The translations under genes were made by a program, and so were the position numbers. A DNA stretch of 64,000 bases, from contig OY762266.1 of the NCBI GenBank assembly GCA_963665285.1, positions 1,032,059 to 1,096,058 on the forward strand, given 5' to 3'. The stretch is from Candidatus Poribacteria bacterium (lineage in GTDB: Bacteria; Poribacteria; WGA-4E; PCPOR2b). Numbering within the stretch: the stretch's first letter is position 1; each line of letters begins with the position of its first letter. The notes under the pieces are model-generated. The model did not search any database and was not told the DNA's origin. It worked only from the letters and a program-made list of their open reading frames with translations. Below are positions 17,776-28,185 of the stretch, piece after piece.

Positions 17776-19308
17776 TCAAACCGGCAATGTGATAATAAAC
17801 GTTGCACCTGGAGTTTCTGCCACATTAACCTCAATGGTGCCGCCGTGCTCCTCAACAATTTGCTGGCTAATCGCTAGCCCTAGCCCTGTCCCTTTCTGTT
17901 TCGTTGTGTAAAAAGGATCGAACAAACGCGAAGCGACATCCGGCGGTATGCCACGTCCGGTATCCTTGATATAAATTTGAACCACCTGAATCAGGGGATT
18001 ATAGGCGGTTTCAATCGTCAAGACGCCCCCGTCGTCCATCGACTCAATTGCATTCCGAAATAGGTTCAACAACACCTGCGTCATTCCGTCATCGTTCACG
18101 GCAACCGATGGACAATCGTCAGCAAGACGTTTCTCAATCCGTATATTGTCCCGATCCAACTCCGGCTGACAAATCGAGAGGCTATTCTCGATTAAGTCAT
18201 TAATGGCATTCGGCTTAACGCCGGCGGTACGTGGGTTGCCCGACACAAGTAGCTGCTCAACCACACGATTCAGCCGATCCACCTCTTTGATAATGACCTG
18301 AATATACTCTTGAATCTCTGAATTCGATTCGCCCTCAAGTTGGAGCAACTGCGCCGCACCGCGGATCCCACCAAGGGGGTTTCTCACCTCGTGCGCCACC
18401 GTCGTCGCAAGTTTACCCAGTGCTGCGAGCCTTTCGGATTGAACCAGCGAGTCGATCATCTGCTGAATTTTAACGCGCTGTGCCACAATCGCAGCGATAA
18501 TTGTCAAGATACGGATATCGTCCTCAATCGAAAATTCGTCCGACGCTTTATCGATTGTTAGTGTACCGACGACTTTTTCATCAACAATCACGGGGACGCA
18601 CCAGAACGCTATTGAATCTTTAGACTGCACCAATTTCGCATCTGGAAACTCAATCTGCTGAAGGGGCGTGCGACTGTGTGGCACACCAATCGGGTGACCG
18701 GATTGCAGCACCTGTTGTTGGATAATATCGATTTGGCTGTCCGTTCCGCGTCGGAGTTCCGCCTCTGTCAACCCAAAAACTGCCTCCACCTTTTTAACCA
18801 ACTCGCCATCTTCCCAAATTCTCAGTGCACCCCGGTATACCCCCACCTGATTAGCAAGCGTTTTGATAATCTTTTGGAACAGCTCGTCCAATTCTACAGC
18901 GGTATTTGCTGTATCACCAATATCAAAAAGGGTGGATAGATCCCGCACCCGTTTTTCAAGGTCTGTGTTGACTTGATCTATCTGCTGAAGCTGCGTTTCA
19001 GTGGTGGCGCGTTGCGCTTTGAAAAGCTGGATAGTGCGAACGATAAAATACGCGATAATAGGATATAAGATCGCAACCACACCCAAATGGATTTGCTCAT
19101 AGTAGATCCCAGCGTGTATCCAATTGGCGAGTGTCGTGCACGCAAGCAGCAGATACTGTCCGCGACGGTTGTCGTATATCCCCGCGAGGATTATAACCCC
19201 GTAGTAAAGATGCGAGACAACGCCGTAGCTCTCCGGGCTATGCAAGCCGTAAACAAACAGGTTAATCAGTAGGACGACGAATATCAGGAAGAAAGTTAGC
19301 ATGAGCAA
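17776..19308 (-). CDS. Sensor histidine kinase (transmembrane N-terminus, GAF, HisKA, HATPase_c)
   Basis: H-box VAHEVRNPLGGIRG; G2 box GTGLGLAISQQIVEEHGG. Confidence 0.85.
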   Translation of the reverse strand: MLMLTFFLIFVVLLINLFVYGLHSPESYGVVSHLYYGVIILAGIYDNRRGQYLLLACTTLANWIHAGIYYEQIHLGVVAILYPIIAYFIVRTIQLFKAQRATTETQLQQIDQVNTDLEKRVRDLSTLFDIGDTANTAVELDELFQKIIKTLANQVGVYRGALRIWEDGELVKKVEAVFGLTEAELRRGTDSQIDIIQQQVLQSGHPIGVPHSRTPLQQIEFPDAKLVQSKDSIAFWCVPVIVDEKVVGTLTIDKASDEFSIEDDIRILTIIAAIVAQRVKIQQMIDSLVQSERLAALGKLATTVAHEVRNPLGGIRGAAQLLQLEGESNSEIQEYIQVIIKEVDRLNRVVEQLLVSGNPRTAGVKPNAINDLIENSLSICQPELDRDNIRIEKRLADDCPSVAVNDDGMTQVLLNLFRNAIESMDDGGVLTIETAYNPLIQVVQIYIKDTGRGIPPDVASRLFDPFYTTKQKGTGLGLAISQQIVEEHGGTIEVNVAETPGATFIITLPV

Positions 19309-19374
19309 TTCACGGTTTCAAAAATTACTTCCAATGCAGAACCGAGGAATCAGAAGTCTGAATCGCAAAGAATT

Positions 19375-19983
19375 TTACTGTCCATTCCGCAAGAAATTAT
19401 CAAGCATCTTGAGTCCTATCCGACCGCTCTTCTCCAAATGGAACTGCGTCGCAATCAGGTTCTGATGGGCGACGACACTGGAAAACTCAACGCCATAAGT
19501 GGTCTTGCCGACTATGTACGAATCGTCTTGCGGTATCGGGTAGTACGAGTTGACAAAATAGAAATGGGCGGGATTCGGCACATCGCGAAAAATTGGATGT
19601 GCCTGTGTCTGATACACCTCATTCCAGCCAATCTGTGGCACTTTTTGGGTTGACGTCGCCTCATACTTTTTAACAACGCCGGGCAAGATGCCGAGACAAT
19701 CGGTATCCTCCTCCTCGCTATGCTCAAATAGAATCTGTATACCGATACAGATACCCAACATGGACTTACCCGACTCGTAAACCTCCCACAATATCTCCGC
19801 AAGCCCAGCCGCGTTCAGATTATCCATCGTTGCCCGCGCTGCCCCCACGCCGGGGAAGACAACTTTCTCTGACTCCAAAATGGTCTGGGGGTCGGCGGTA
19901 ATTTCTGCGTCGTAGCCTAAGTATTTGACGGCGCGTTCGACACTCGTCAGGTTGCCCGCACCGTAGTCAATAATTGCAATCAT
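19375..19983 (-). CDS. hisH: Imidazole glycerol phosphate synthase glutamine amidotransferase subunit HisH
   Basis: MIAIIDYGAGNL...PGVG...FHLEKS class I GATase signature; 202 aa. Confidence 0.85.
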   Translation of the reverse strand: MIAIIDYGAGNLTSVERAVKYLGYDAEITADPQTILESEKVVFPGVGAARATMDNLNAAGLAEILWEVYESGKSMLGICIGIQILFEHSEEEDTDCLGILPGVVKKYEATSTQKVPQIGWNEVYQTQAHPIFRDVPNPAHFYFVNSYYPIPQDDSYIVGKTTYGVEFSSVVAHQNLIATQFHLEKSGRIGLKMLDNFLRNGQ

Positions 19984-20096
19984 TGGAGACTCAAGTTGAT
20001 AAAAGATTCGTTTGGAAAACTAAAAAGGGACCGTTGAAATGATGTTGCAGGGTGAAAATTTCGATCTGTGAGAACAGGTTCGAGACGTTCATCTGC

Positions 20097-21029
20097 TCAA
20101 ATGCTATTTGGACTTGACTCAAAAAGTTCTATCTGTTTGGAAGTCGCTGCGGTTCTCGATTTAGTCCGTCCCCAAATGGCTTCCAAGTCCTGCGTGCATT
20201 TATAGTCATTGAATAAGTCTGAAACATCATCCGCTGTTCTTTTCTCAGCAAGTCTTTCTTCGATGATTTCAACATTGATCTTATCGAGTTCAATGCCAAT
20301 CGATTCCCGTCCTAACTGCTCCGCAACGACCAACGTCGTCCCTGAACCTGCAAATGGATCTAATACAACATCGCCGGGATTTGTCGAAGAAAGGATTATC
20401 CGAAGGAGTAATTGAATCGGTGCCTGCTGCTTGTGCAAGCGATTTCCCTCCGCGTCCCGCAAGGCTTCATCTCCAGCAAAATAGCCCGATGTCAACTCAC
20501 GAATATCGTCCCACACATCGGTGACAAACATACCGTTTTCCCGTTCATATTTGTAGCCCGCAGGGAGCGGCGGATTGATTCGCAAGCGGTGAAAGACCCG
20601 TGGACGCTCCCCTTTTGTTGCAAACGCAATGATCTGGTAGTGCTTACCAAAGCGATTCATTCCGGGCACGGCGGACGTTTTCTTTTTCCAAATAATAAGA
20701 TTTTGAAATGTCCACCCAGATTGGCGTAGACACCGTAACACAGACTCAGTTTTCTTTTCACGCTGCATGAAATAGATTGCACCACCCGAAGCAGTTTGGT
20801 CGAAAATCTTCGTGCACACATCCCCCATCCACTTCCAATATTGCGCTTCAGGCAAATTATCATCCCACTCGTTGTAGCCTTTATCTTGATTAAAGGGTGG
20901 ATCGAGAAAGGTGAGATCAATATGCCCGAAAGTGGTGTTCTGTTGATCTAATAGCGAAGTGCAATCTCCATGTAGCACAGCTGCTTTTATTTTATTTTTT
21001 GTTCGCATAGATTCTGTGTTATTTGGCAT
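20097..21029 (-). CDS. DNA methyltransferase, beta-class N4-cytosine/N6-adenine (DPPF then FAGSGTT)
   Basis: Motif IV LDPPFN precedes motif I DPFAGSGTT; N4/N6 MTase family. Confidence 0.8.
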   Translation of the reverse strand: MPNNTESMRTKNKIKAAVLHGDCTSLLDQQNTTFGHIDLTFLDPPFNQDKGYNEWDDNLPEAQYWKWMGDVCTKIFDQTASGGAIYFMQREKKTESVLRCLRQSGWTFQNLIIWKKKTSAVPGMNRFGKHYQIIAFATKGERPRVFHRLRINPPLPAGYKYERENGMFVTDVWDDIRELTSGYFAGDEALRDAEGNRLHKQQAPIQLLLRIILSSTNPGDVVLDPFAGSGTTLVVAEQLGRESIGIELDKINVEIIEERLAEKRTADDVSDLFNDYKCTQDLEAIWGRTKSRTAATSKQIELFESSPNSI

Positions 21030-21243
21030 ATTCTTCTTCGCGGAGTTCGGCAATAGCTTGGGTGGCATACTTTACAACTGTTTCCTCACTTACGCCCTTA
21101 TTTTTCTCATGCACCCGGTCCATGACCGCTAACACCTTTTGAAATGCTCTACCCCTTACCAATCTCTTCTGAATCGTCGCTTGCCCGTTTCTCATAATTT
21201 TCATAATACCGTAGTCAATAATCTTGGCCATGTTATATCCCAT
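21019..21243 (-). CDS. Small hypothetical protein between the endonuclease and the methyltransferase (possible controller or accessory protein)
   Basis: Its start overlaps the stop of the upstream ORF; no recognisable motif. Confidence 0.3.
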   Translation of the reverse strand: MGYNMAKIIDYGIMKIMRNGQATIQKRLVRGRAFQKVLAVMDRVHEKNKGVSEETVVKYATQAIAELREEEYAK

Positions 21244-22325
21244 TACGCGAAAAAACCATCATTGATCATAATGCGAAAACCATTGATTTCAGCTTCCTGC
21301 TTTAGATTCGTAAGACGATTTTTCCCTGAACGGCTAATCGAATTAAGACTGAAACCCTCACCCGTCGTCAGCTTCAAAATTGGCACAGGATTGTAATTTG
21401 TCTCATCAATGTTCAGATGCTCCAAGTTCGTAAATAGTATCATCTTCACCAAACCATCCTTTATGTCACCGAGAGAGGGAAGTTCAGCTTTGTTCGTATG
21501 CTTCGCCTCAATCAGATGGATTTCCTCCCCATGGATCTCAACCTCATCACAGGTTAAATAGTAATTGCCACCAAGATAATTTTTGATGGTTAGCTTTCCT
21601 TTGATCCCCGTTACGAGCTCTTTGGGCTGTGTAGTGACACTTTCCCTTGCCTGTGCCTGCCTTGCCAAATCCCTTGATAGTGCCTTAAATTCTGCTTGAC
21701 CTTCACGAAGTATGCCGATTCGACGTTCCGCAGATTCCCAAGAGTGCATTTCCACGCTTAATTTTTCGGATATAGTCGAATAGGCATTCAACGCCTGCGA
21801 GCCAATTTCGCCGATACCTTCGACTTGCGTCATGTTCCAGTGCAAGGCATCGGACTGATAAGACATCAAGCGATCAATTTCGCTGATGATGTGCTCTGAA
21901 TTAAACTTTTGACCCGTGATTTTATGTGTGTATCTTGTGCTTTTTGAAGCATCAACATAGTAGCCAATTATCACGTAAACACCCAACAGACTCATTAAAG
22001 AGATTGTATCCCATTGGAGAAAGTCTCGATCGCCCTGTTTACCCTCATCCTTCAAAATTGGAATTATCGTCGCTTTTTTGCCAGAAAAACTCAGGGTATC
22101 ATAGACTCTTGAATACGGGTAAGACCGTGTCCTTTTTGGTGAAACCCAGCAGCTTAAAGCAATCTGCTTGTTTGGATCAATCTGTAAAATAAAAGTTGCT
22201 TTGTCTGAAAGCGTTGCGTCAAAATCTTTATAACTGAAAGATTTAAGTTTGCTGCATAGAAGTGGGGTATATTTTACTCCAGTGATCCTAGCGAAAATAT
22301 CCATCGGGTTCTCGTTACACCTCAA
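21243..22325 (-). CDS. Putative Type II restriction endonuclease
   Basis: Flanked by two methyltransferases on the same strand; candidate PD-(D/E)XK core CDEVEIHGEEIHLIEAKHT. Confidence 0.5.
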   Translation of the reverse strand: MRCNENPMDIFARITGVKYTPLLCSKLKSFSYKDFDATLSDKATFILQIDPNKQIALSCWVSPKRTRSYPYSRVYDTLSFSGKKATIIPILKDEGKQGDRDFLQWDTISLMSLLGVYVIIGYYVDASKSTRYTHKITGQKFNSEHIISEIDRLMSYQSDALHWNMTQVEGIGEIGSQALNAYSTISEKLSVEMHSWESAERRIGILREGQAEFKALSRDLARQAQARESVTTQPKELVTGIKGKLTIKNYLGGNYYLTCDEVEIHGEEIHLIEAKHTNKAELPSLGDIKDGLVKMILFTNLEHLNIDETNYNPVPILKLTTGEGFSLNSISRSGKNRLTNLKQEAEINGFRIMINDGFFA

Positions 22326-22331
22326 ACAAGA

Positions 22332-23189
22332 TTAAAACAACTCCCCTTGATCAACAATTGGACGCAGTTGACCGACCGAATAATCTATATATTTTTGCTG
22401 CGTCTCAATTCCGATATGCGCTCTGCCCAATTTTTCTGCGGCACAATTTGTTTGCCCACTTCCAGCAAAAATGTCAATCACCACATCTCCCCTATAAGAA
22501 TAAAACTGAATGACCCGTTCCGCAAGTTCCAACGGAAATGGACACGGATGCAGATTCTCTTGTGGGGCTACTGGACGGATTTTCCAGACGTTTTTGCTCT
22601 TCTCGCCTTGGTAATCCTTCAGGTCAATTTCATTTTGGGTTTTCTCTTTAACACTTCTATTCCAATAAATGTTGTTCTGATTTTTCTTATCGGCAGGCTT
22701 TTGAAAGACAAATACATATTCGGCAACCAAACTTGGATAGTAATATCCGGGATAGGGATGCTGTAACAAGACACCTGACCGTCTATCCCTCGCAACGGGC
22801 TTTTCCCAGATAATATCCTCCTTGAATTGCCATCCAATATCTTCAAGCCAACTGACAAAATGAAATGGGAGTGCAGTGCGTGTGCCGTTCCATAAGACCG
22901 GGGCAATATTTACCACATTGTGTCCCCCCGGCTGAGTGATTCTCAATAACGCCTTGAATCGATTAACTAGAAAAAGCCGATATTCCTCGTAGGATATATC
23001 TTCTCGCTCCCATCTCGCTTTGGTGCCGTGTAGCTTTTCAATATGCTCCTCGTAATTGATTGCGTTTAGGTAAGGAGGCGAGGTGAAACCAAGCATAAAA
23101 TGGTTGTCAGGAAAATTATCCATAACCGAGAGACAATCCCCTTTGATAATCCGCCCATTACCAATTTTGATTTCTTCTAAGGCTGCCAT
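22332..23189 (-). CDS. DNA methyltransferase, beta-class with SPPY motif (likely N4-cytosine- or N6-adenine-specific)
   Basis: FTSPPY motif IV and DIFAGSGQT motif I; start MAALEE at 23189 chosen so that it does not overlap ribH. Confidence 0.8.
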   Translation of the reverse strand: MAALEEIKIGNGRIIKGDCLSVMDNFPDNHFMLGFTSPPYLNAINYEEHIEKLHGTKARWEREDISYEEYRLFLVNRFKALLRITQPGGHNVVNIAPVLWNGTRTALPFHFVSWLEDIGWQFKEDIIWEKPVARDRRSGVLLQHPYPGYYYPSLVAEYVFVFQKPADKKNQNNIYWNRSVKEKTQNEIDLKDYQGEKSKNVWKIRPVAPQENLHPCPFPLELAERVIQFYSYRGDVVIDIFAGSGQTNCAAEKLGRAHIGIETQQKYIDYSVGQLRPIVDQGELF

Positions 23190-23214
23190 AAGCTTAAAGT
23201 GTCTATCAGTTGGT

Positions 23215-23685
23215 CTATCCGTCAATCTGCCGATACAGATTCGCCATCTCAATCGCCGTGACCGCCGCCTCTGCCCCTTTATTCCCCGCCTTGGTGCCAG
23301 CACGTTCAATCGCCTGCTCAATCGTATCAGTCGTGATAACGCCGTAAATCACAGGGATCCCCGTGTTCAAAGAGACCTGTGCGATCCCTTTCGCGCTTTC
23401 GTTGGCGACATAGTCAAAGTGCGGGGTCGCACCGCGAATCACTGCACCGATACAGATGATCGCATCGTATCGCCCTTTTTCGGCGAGCCGTTTTGCCGTA
23501 GTGGGAATCTCGAACGAACCGGGCGTCCAGCAGATGTCCACATCGTCCTCGTCCACACCGTGGCGCTTGAGTGCGTCAAGAGCCCCATCCAACAATTTAG
23601 TGGTAATAAAGCTATTAAATCGACTGATCACGATCCCGATCTTCAGATCAGTGCCGATAAGATTGCCTTCGTAGATATTTGGCAT
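23215..23685 (-). CDS. ribH: 6,7-dimethyl-8-ribityllumazine synthase
   Basis: 156 aa; IGIVISRFN...GAVIRGAT...HFDYV signature. Confidence 0.9.
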   Translation of the reverse strand: MPNIYEGNLIGTDLKIGIVISRFNSFITTKLLDGALDALKRHGVDEDDVDICWTPGSFEIPTTAKRLAEKGRYDAIICIGAVIRGATPHFDYVANESAKGIAQVSLNTGIPVIYGVITTDTIEQAIERAGTKAGNKGAEAAVTAIEMANLYRQIDG

Positions 23686-23705
23686 TGTCCCTAGGTGCCG
23701 GTTGT

Positions 23706-24980
23706 TTAGCCCTGAACCATCAGACCATCATAACCGTGCACCGTCTCCTCCTTCTCATCGTTGATAGTATCTAACAACAGATGCCCTAGCTTCGTCCGTT
23801 TCGTCTCCAGATAGTGGCGGTTGAACTCGTGGGGTCTGGTTTGCAGCGGAATCCGTTCGACAATCTCAAGGTTATGCCCCTCCAAACCGCTCACCTTGCG
23901 TGGATTGTTTGTCAACAGACGCATCTTCTGCACGCCAAGGTCCGTCAAAATCTGGGCACCCACACCGTAATCCCGTAAATCTGGAGGGAAGCCAAGCCGT
24001 TCATTCGCTTCAACGGTATCAAGCCCCTCGCTGTCCTGCAATCGGTAGGCGCGAATCTTGTTGCCAAGTCCCATACCCCGCCCCTCCTGACGCATATAGA
24101 CTAAGACCCCGCGCCCCTCCTTTTGAATGAGTTGCATCGCCTTCTCTAACTGCTCACCGCAATCGCAGCGCAGCGAACCGAACACATCCCCGGTGAAACA
24201 CTGCGAGTGCATCCGTACCAGCACCGGCTCCCCGTCCGAAATGTCTCCTGTAATCAACGCTATGTGGGTTTTCTGATCATCGGCACTTTGGTACGAATGG
24301 AGTCTGAAATATCCGTGCCTTGTCTGGAGATCCGCTTCCGCAACCCGTCTGATAAGCGTTTCCGTTTGACGCCGGTAGGCGATCAGATCCGCAATGGTGA
24401 TGAACTTTAGCCCGTATTCTTGAGCGAACTCAAAGAGCTGCGGCAGGCGTGCCATCGTGCCATCCTCGTTCAAGATCTCGCAGAGAACCCCCGCCGGATA
24501 GAGTCCCGCTAAACGTGCCAAATCGACCGTTGCCTCTGTATGGCCCGCACGCCGTAAGACACCGCCCTCCTTCGCCTGCAACGGGAAGATATGGCCCGGA
24601 CGGGCGAAATCCTCGGCTTTCGCCTCGGGCCGGACAAACTTCTGAATCGTATGTGCTCGCTCGTAGGCGGAGATCCCGGTGGTCACATCTTTGGCATCAA
24701 TTGTTACTGTAAACGCCGTACGCAGTTGCTCAGTGTTTTCCGAGACCATCAACGGAAGATTCAATTCTGACAGCCGTTCTGCGGTTGCGGGCAAGCAAAT
24801 CATACCACGCCCGTATTTCGCCATAAAATTAATCGCCTCCGGCGTGGCTTTCTCAGCTGCCATGATTAAATCGCCTTCATTTTCCCTATCCGGATCATCG
24901 GAGACGATAATCATCTCCCCATTGCGAATTGCTTCAATGGCTTCTGGGATTGTGCTAAACTTCATAGATGGTGCCTTCAT
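23706..24980 (-). CDS. ribBA: Bifunctional 3,4-dihydroxy-2-butanone-4-phosphate synthase / GTP cyclohydrolase II
   Basis: N-terminal DHBP synthase (DRENEGDL) and C-terminal GCHII (CxCGxxxxC zinc motif CDCGEQ). Confidence 0.9.
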   Translation of the reverse strand: MKAPSMKFSTIPEAIEAIRNGEMIIVSDDPDRENEGDLIMAAEKATPEAINFMAKYGRGMICLPATAERLSELNLPLMVSENTEQLRTAFTVTIDAKDVTTGISAYERAHTIQKFVRPEAKAEDFARPGHIFPLQAKEGGVLRRAGHTEATVDLARLAGLYPAGVLCEILNEDGTMARLPQLFEFAQEYGLKFITIADLIAYRRQTETLIRRVAEADLQTRHGYFRLHSYQSADDQKTHIALITGDISDGEPVLVRMHSQCFTGDVFGSLRCDCGEQLEKAMQLIQKEGRGVLVYMRQEGRGMGLGNKIRAYRLQDSEGLDTVEANERLGFPPDLRDYGVGAQILTDLGVQKMRLLTNNPRKVSGLEGHNLEIVERIPLQTRPHEFNRHYLETKRTKLGHLLLDTINDEKEETVHGYDGLMVQG

Positions 24981-24998
24981 TTAGTCAAAATTTTAATT

Positions 24999-25643
24999 TC
25001 AAATATACCCGTGTTTCGCCAAAAAATCCATATCGATTGATGCCCCATCAGCAGAGGAGTAGGTCAACAATCGCTCGATATAACGCCCTAACAGATCTAC
25101 CTCTATATTCACGTGAGCACCGACCCGTTTATGCCCCAACGTTGTCACCCCCTTGGTGTGCGGGATAAGCGCGACCTCAAAGCCATCGTCAAACAGATTT
25201 GAGATTGTCAGGCTGACACCATCAACACAGACCGAGCCCTTATACACTACATACCGCATCGCCTCCTGAGAAACCGAAACACGCATCAAAGATGATGTGC
25301 CTTCATCCTGCCAACCGCTAATGGTTCCGACCTCGTCAACATGCCCCAAAACAAGATGTCCACCCAACCGATCCGCTAAACGCAACGCGCTCTCAAGATT
25401 AACTGAATCGCCCGGTTTGAGGGAACCCAATGTTGTCCGCCGCAGCGTCTCGGCGGAAACATCTGCCGTGAAACTATCGTGCGTCAGGTCGGTAATTGTC
25501 AGGCAGACACCATCTATCGCAATGCTGTCCCCTACATCACCATCCGATAAGACCTGTGAGGCTGCAATAGTCAGCACTCCTGCTTGTGAGCTGCGCTGAA
25601 TCCCCTTTACGCTGCCTAACTCCGCAACAATTCCTGTGAACAT
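24999..25643 (-). CDS. ribE: Riboflavin synthase alpha chain
   Basis: MFTGIVAELG N-terminus; two lumazine-binding repeats. Confidence 0.85.
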   Translation of the reverse strand: MFTGIVAELGSVKGIQRSSQAGVLTIAASQVLSDGDVGDSIAIDGVCLTITDLTHDSFTADVSAETLRRTTLGSLKPGDSVNLESALRLADRLGGHLVLGHVDEVGTISGWQDEGTSSLMRVSVSQEAMRYVVYKGSVCVDGVSLTISNLFDDGFEVALIPHTKGVTTLGHKRVGAHVNIEVDLLGRYIERLLTYSSADGASIDMDFLAKHGYI

Positions 25644-26147
25644 AACTATCTGCTTTGATCTAATCTCGCTGTTAAGATCTGTCCCCAATTTTTGTCGGGG
25701 ATGTCGGTTGTGGACTAGGTGAGTAATTATAGCATGAGCGGGGGGCTCTGTAAACCAAAAACCTGCAAGCCCTGAGAGATCTCAATTTCGAAATACAGAC
25801 TCTACCGGGGAATGTCTTTCCAACGACAGCCACTCACAAAAAAACTTGACACACAATCCGATGTCATAGTAGTGTATCTACCCCTCCATCGTTGGGCGAT
25901 TTCTTGCCCGTGTGGACGTGTGCCAAATTGTGCAACTATTAATTTCAGATTCATTGTAACTTTGATAAATCTCGTAGGGGCATTGAGGACTCACGGTTTA
26001 GTAACTCTCGCAGACAAATTGAACTGGAGGTAACTCAGCACCCGTTTTCCCAAAACACATGACAAATTACACAACTACTTGATCGTAGAGGAGCCGACAT
26101 TTATGAGAGCGCAATTTTTCCGTTTCTGCTTCTTCCGATGCGACAAA

Positions 26148-27329
26148 ATGAGAAATGCAGTTTGGAACCCAAAATGCCTCATGTTACTGTTCTGTATCGT
26201 TTTATTGACTTATGGGACAGAAGGAATCAGCCACGGAGATGTCTGTGAAGCAGGCGACATTCTCGCACCCGGCGAAAGTTGTACCTACCCCGGCACCGAT
26301 GCCGAGTTTTCCGTCCTCGATAACGGGAACGGACAATTTCTGTTTTTTTCTTCCGGCAACAGCATTACTTTAAGAAATACAACGATCAATGGCGTGTCTT
26401 ATACCCTAGTTGCCAACAAGCTCGCCAGCGGTTCTTGGGAAATAGAGGAGATTGCAGACAGCACAGCACCCACAACAACAAACACCGCACCGACATTCAC
26501 CAACGGTGCCAGCACCACACGCTCTGTAGCGGAGAATACGGAGGCCAACGCAAACATAGGTAACGCAATCGCAGCAACAGACCCTGAGAACGACACCTTG
26601 ACATACACGCTCAGTGGCACCGATGCAGCCTCTTTTGACATCGAGTCAACTACAGGGCAGTTGAAAACCAAGTCCGCACTCGACTACGAAACCAAGTCCG
26701 CTTATACCGTAACAGTCACCGTCTCCGATGGTAGTCTGACTGACACCATAACTGTCACTATCAATATCACCGACATAGCTGAAACCTCTCCAGCAACGAC
26801 GACAGTAAACATCCCCGACTCCAATCTCCGTGCAAAAATTGAAACTGCACTTGGCAAAGGGTCAGGAGACCCAATCTCCTCAGCGGAGATGGAGACATTA
26901 ACCTCACTTAATGCACAAGATGCAAGTATCTCTACTTTGACCGGGCTTGAAACAGCAACCAATCTGACAATTCTAAAACTTGGCGACAATTCAGTATCGA
27001 ATCTCTCGCCGCTGACAGGGTTGACGAAACTGACGGAGTTACAAATTTGGGACAACTCGATATCGAATATATCCGCAGTCGCAGGATTAACACAACTGAC
27101 GCGCTTATATTTGTGGGGCAACACCATCTCGGATATATCTCACGTGGCAGGACTGACGAATTTGACACATCTGCGACTGGGTGAAAACTCAATATCAAAT
27201 ATATCAGCAGTGGCAGGATTGACTAACCTGATCCATCTAAATGTTAAAGAAAACGCAATATCAGATATTTCCGCAATAGCGAGATTGACTAACCTGACGG
27301 AACTAGGTTCTGTTGACATTTCATCGTAG
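26148..27329 (+). pseudogene. 5' fragment of a giant surface protein gene interrupted by IS5 (signal peptide, 2-Cys N-terminal domain, cadherin-like domain, leucine-rich repeats)
   Basis: The reading frame runs into the IS left end at 27306 and stops 23 nt inside it; LRR units L..L..L.L..N.ISNIS. Confidence 0.7.
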
Positions 27330-28113
27330 CCAGATAATGGCAGCGACAAAACTTAGAAATCCCATATACCGTGTAGCCAATTTATCAAACCGAGAGAAGA
27401 CACGGCGATAGTGCTTGATTTTGTTAATGAAACATTCGACCTGATGTCTCTCTTTATACAGATGTGCATCATAAGTGCGTGGTTCCCGACGGTTGGCACG
27501 AGGGGGTATCACTGGCACGGCACCCATGCAGGTTATCGACTCAACAAATGCCATAGCATCATACGATGTGTCGGCAATCACATACTCACTGCTGTAACCG
27601 TCAATTAACGCCTCGGCACAAGTGATGTCGTGCTGTTGCCCGGCACTTAGCCTAAAACGTAATGGGTTACCTAACCCATCAACAGCCACATGAATCTTGG
27701 TCGAGAATCCACCTCGACTGCGTCCGAGTGCCTGACAGGCTTGTCCACCACTGGTTTTCAAAGCACCCGCAGCACATGGGTGGGCACGAATGATGGTGGT
27801 ATCAATGATGAGCCACTCCATATCTGGGTCAGTGGCAAAGTGCTGGTGTAACCGTTGAAAGACCCCTTTATCGCACCACCTTGCAAAGCGTTTATAGACG
27901 CTATTCCAATTGCCGTAGGATTTTGGTAATAATCGCCATTGACTACCACTACGAGTTATCCAAAGTACCGCTTGGATAAAACGCTTTAGGTGTATTTCCT
28001 TCCCGGTGTAGATGTCGGGACAGGTTTTAAGGAATGAAACTATTTTTAACCATTGAGTATCGGGTAGGGTAAGGGTTGACATATCTATATTATTACACAA
28101 ATGTCAACACGCC
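27307..28113 (-). mobile_element. IS5-family insertion sequence (about 807 bp) with imperfect terminal inverted repeats (TGTTGACATTT core) and 4-bp CTAG target-site duplication
   Basis: CTAG at 27303-27306 and 28114-28117; the ends GTTCTGTTGACATTT and AAATGTCAACACGCC are inverted repeats. Confidence 0.8.
27321..28100 (-). CDS. IS5-family DDE transposase (apparently intact, 259 aa)
   Basis: Typical IS5/IS4 family sequence, e.g. ...FSTKIHVAVDGLGNP...; it fills the element. Confidence 0.9.
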   Translation of the reverse strand: MCNNIDMSTLTLPDTQWLKIVSFLKTCPDIYTGKEIHLKRFIQAVLWITRSGSQWRLLPKSYGNWNSVYKRFARWCDKGVFQRLHQHFATDPDMEWLIIDTTIIRAHPCAAGALKTSGGQACQALGRSRGGFSTKIHVAVDGLGNPLRFRLSAGQQHDITCAEALIDGYSSEYVIADTSYDAMAFVESITCMGAVPVIPPRANRREPRTYDAHLYKERHQVECFINKIKHYRRVFSRFDKLATRYMGFLSFVAAIIWLR

Positions 28114-28185
28114 CTAGTCATTGGAGATAACACCATCTCCAATATAACTCCGGTTACAAACCTAACCAAGCTGGTATGGCTAGAT

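Noticed and set aside
25644-26078. Looked for an FMN riboswitch (RFN element) upstream of ribE
   Set aside because: None of the conserved RFN blocks (GGGTGAAATTCC, AGTCCGGATG and so on) are visible on the minus strand of this 430-bp leader. Either the true operon start (ribD) lies elsewhere or regulation differs.
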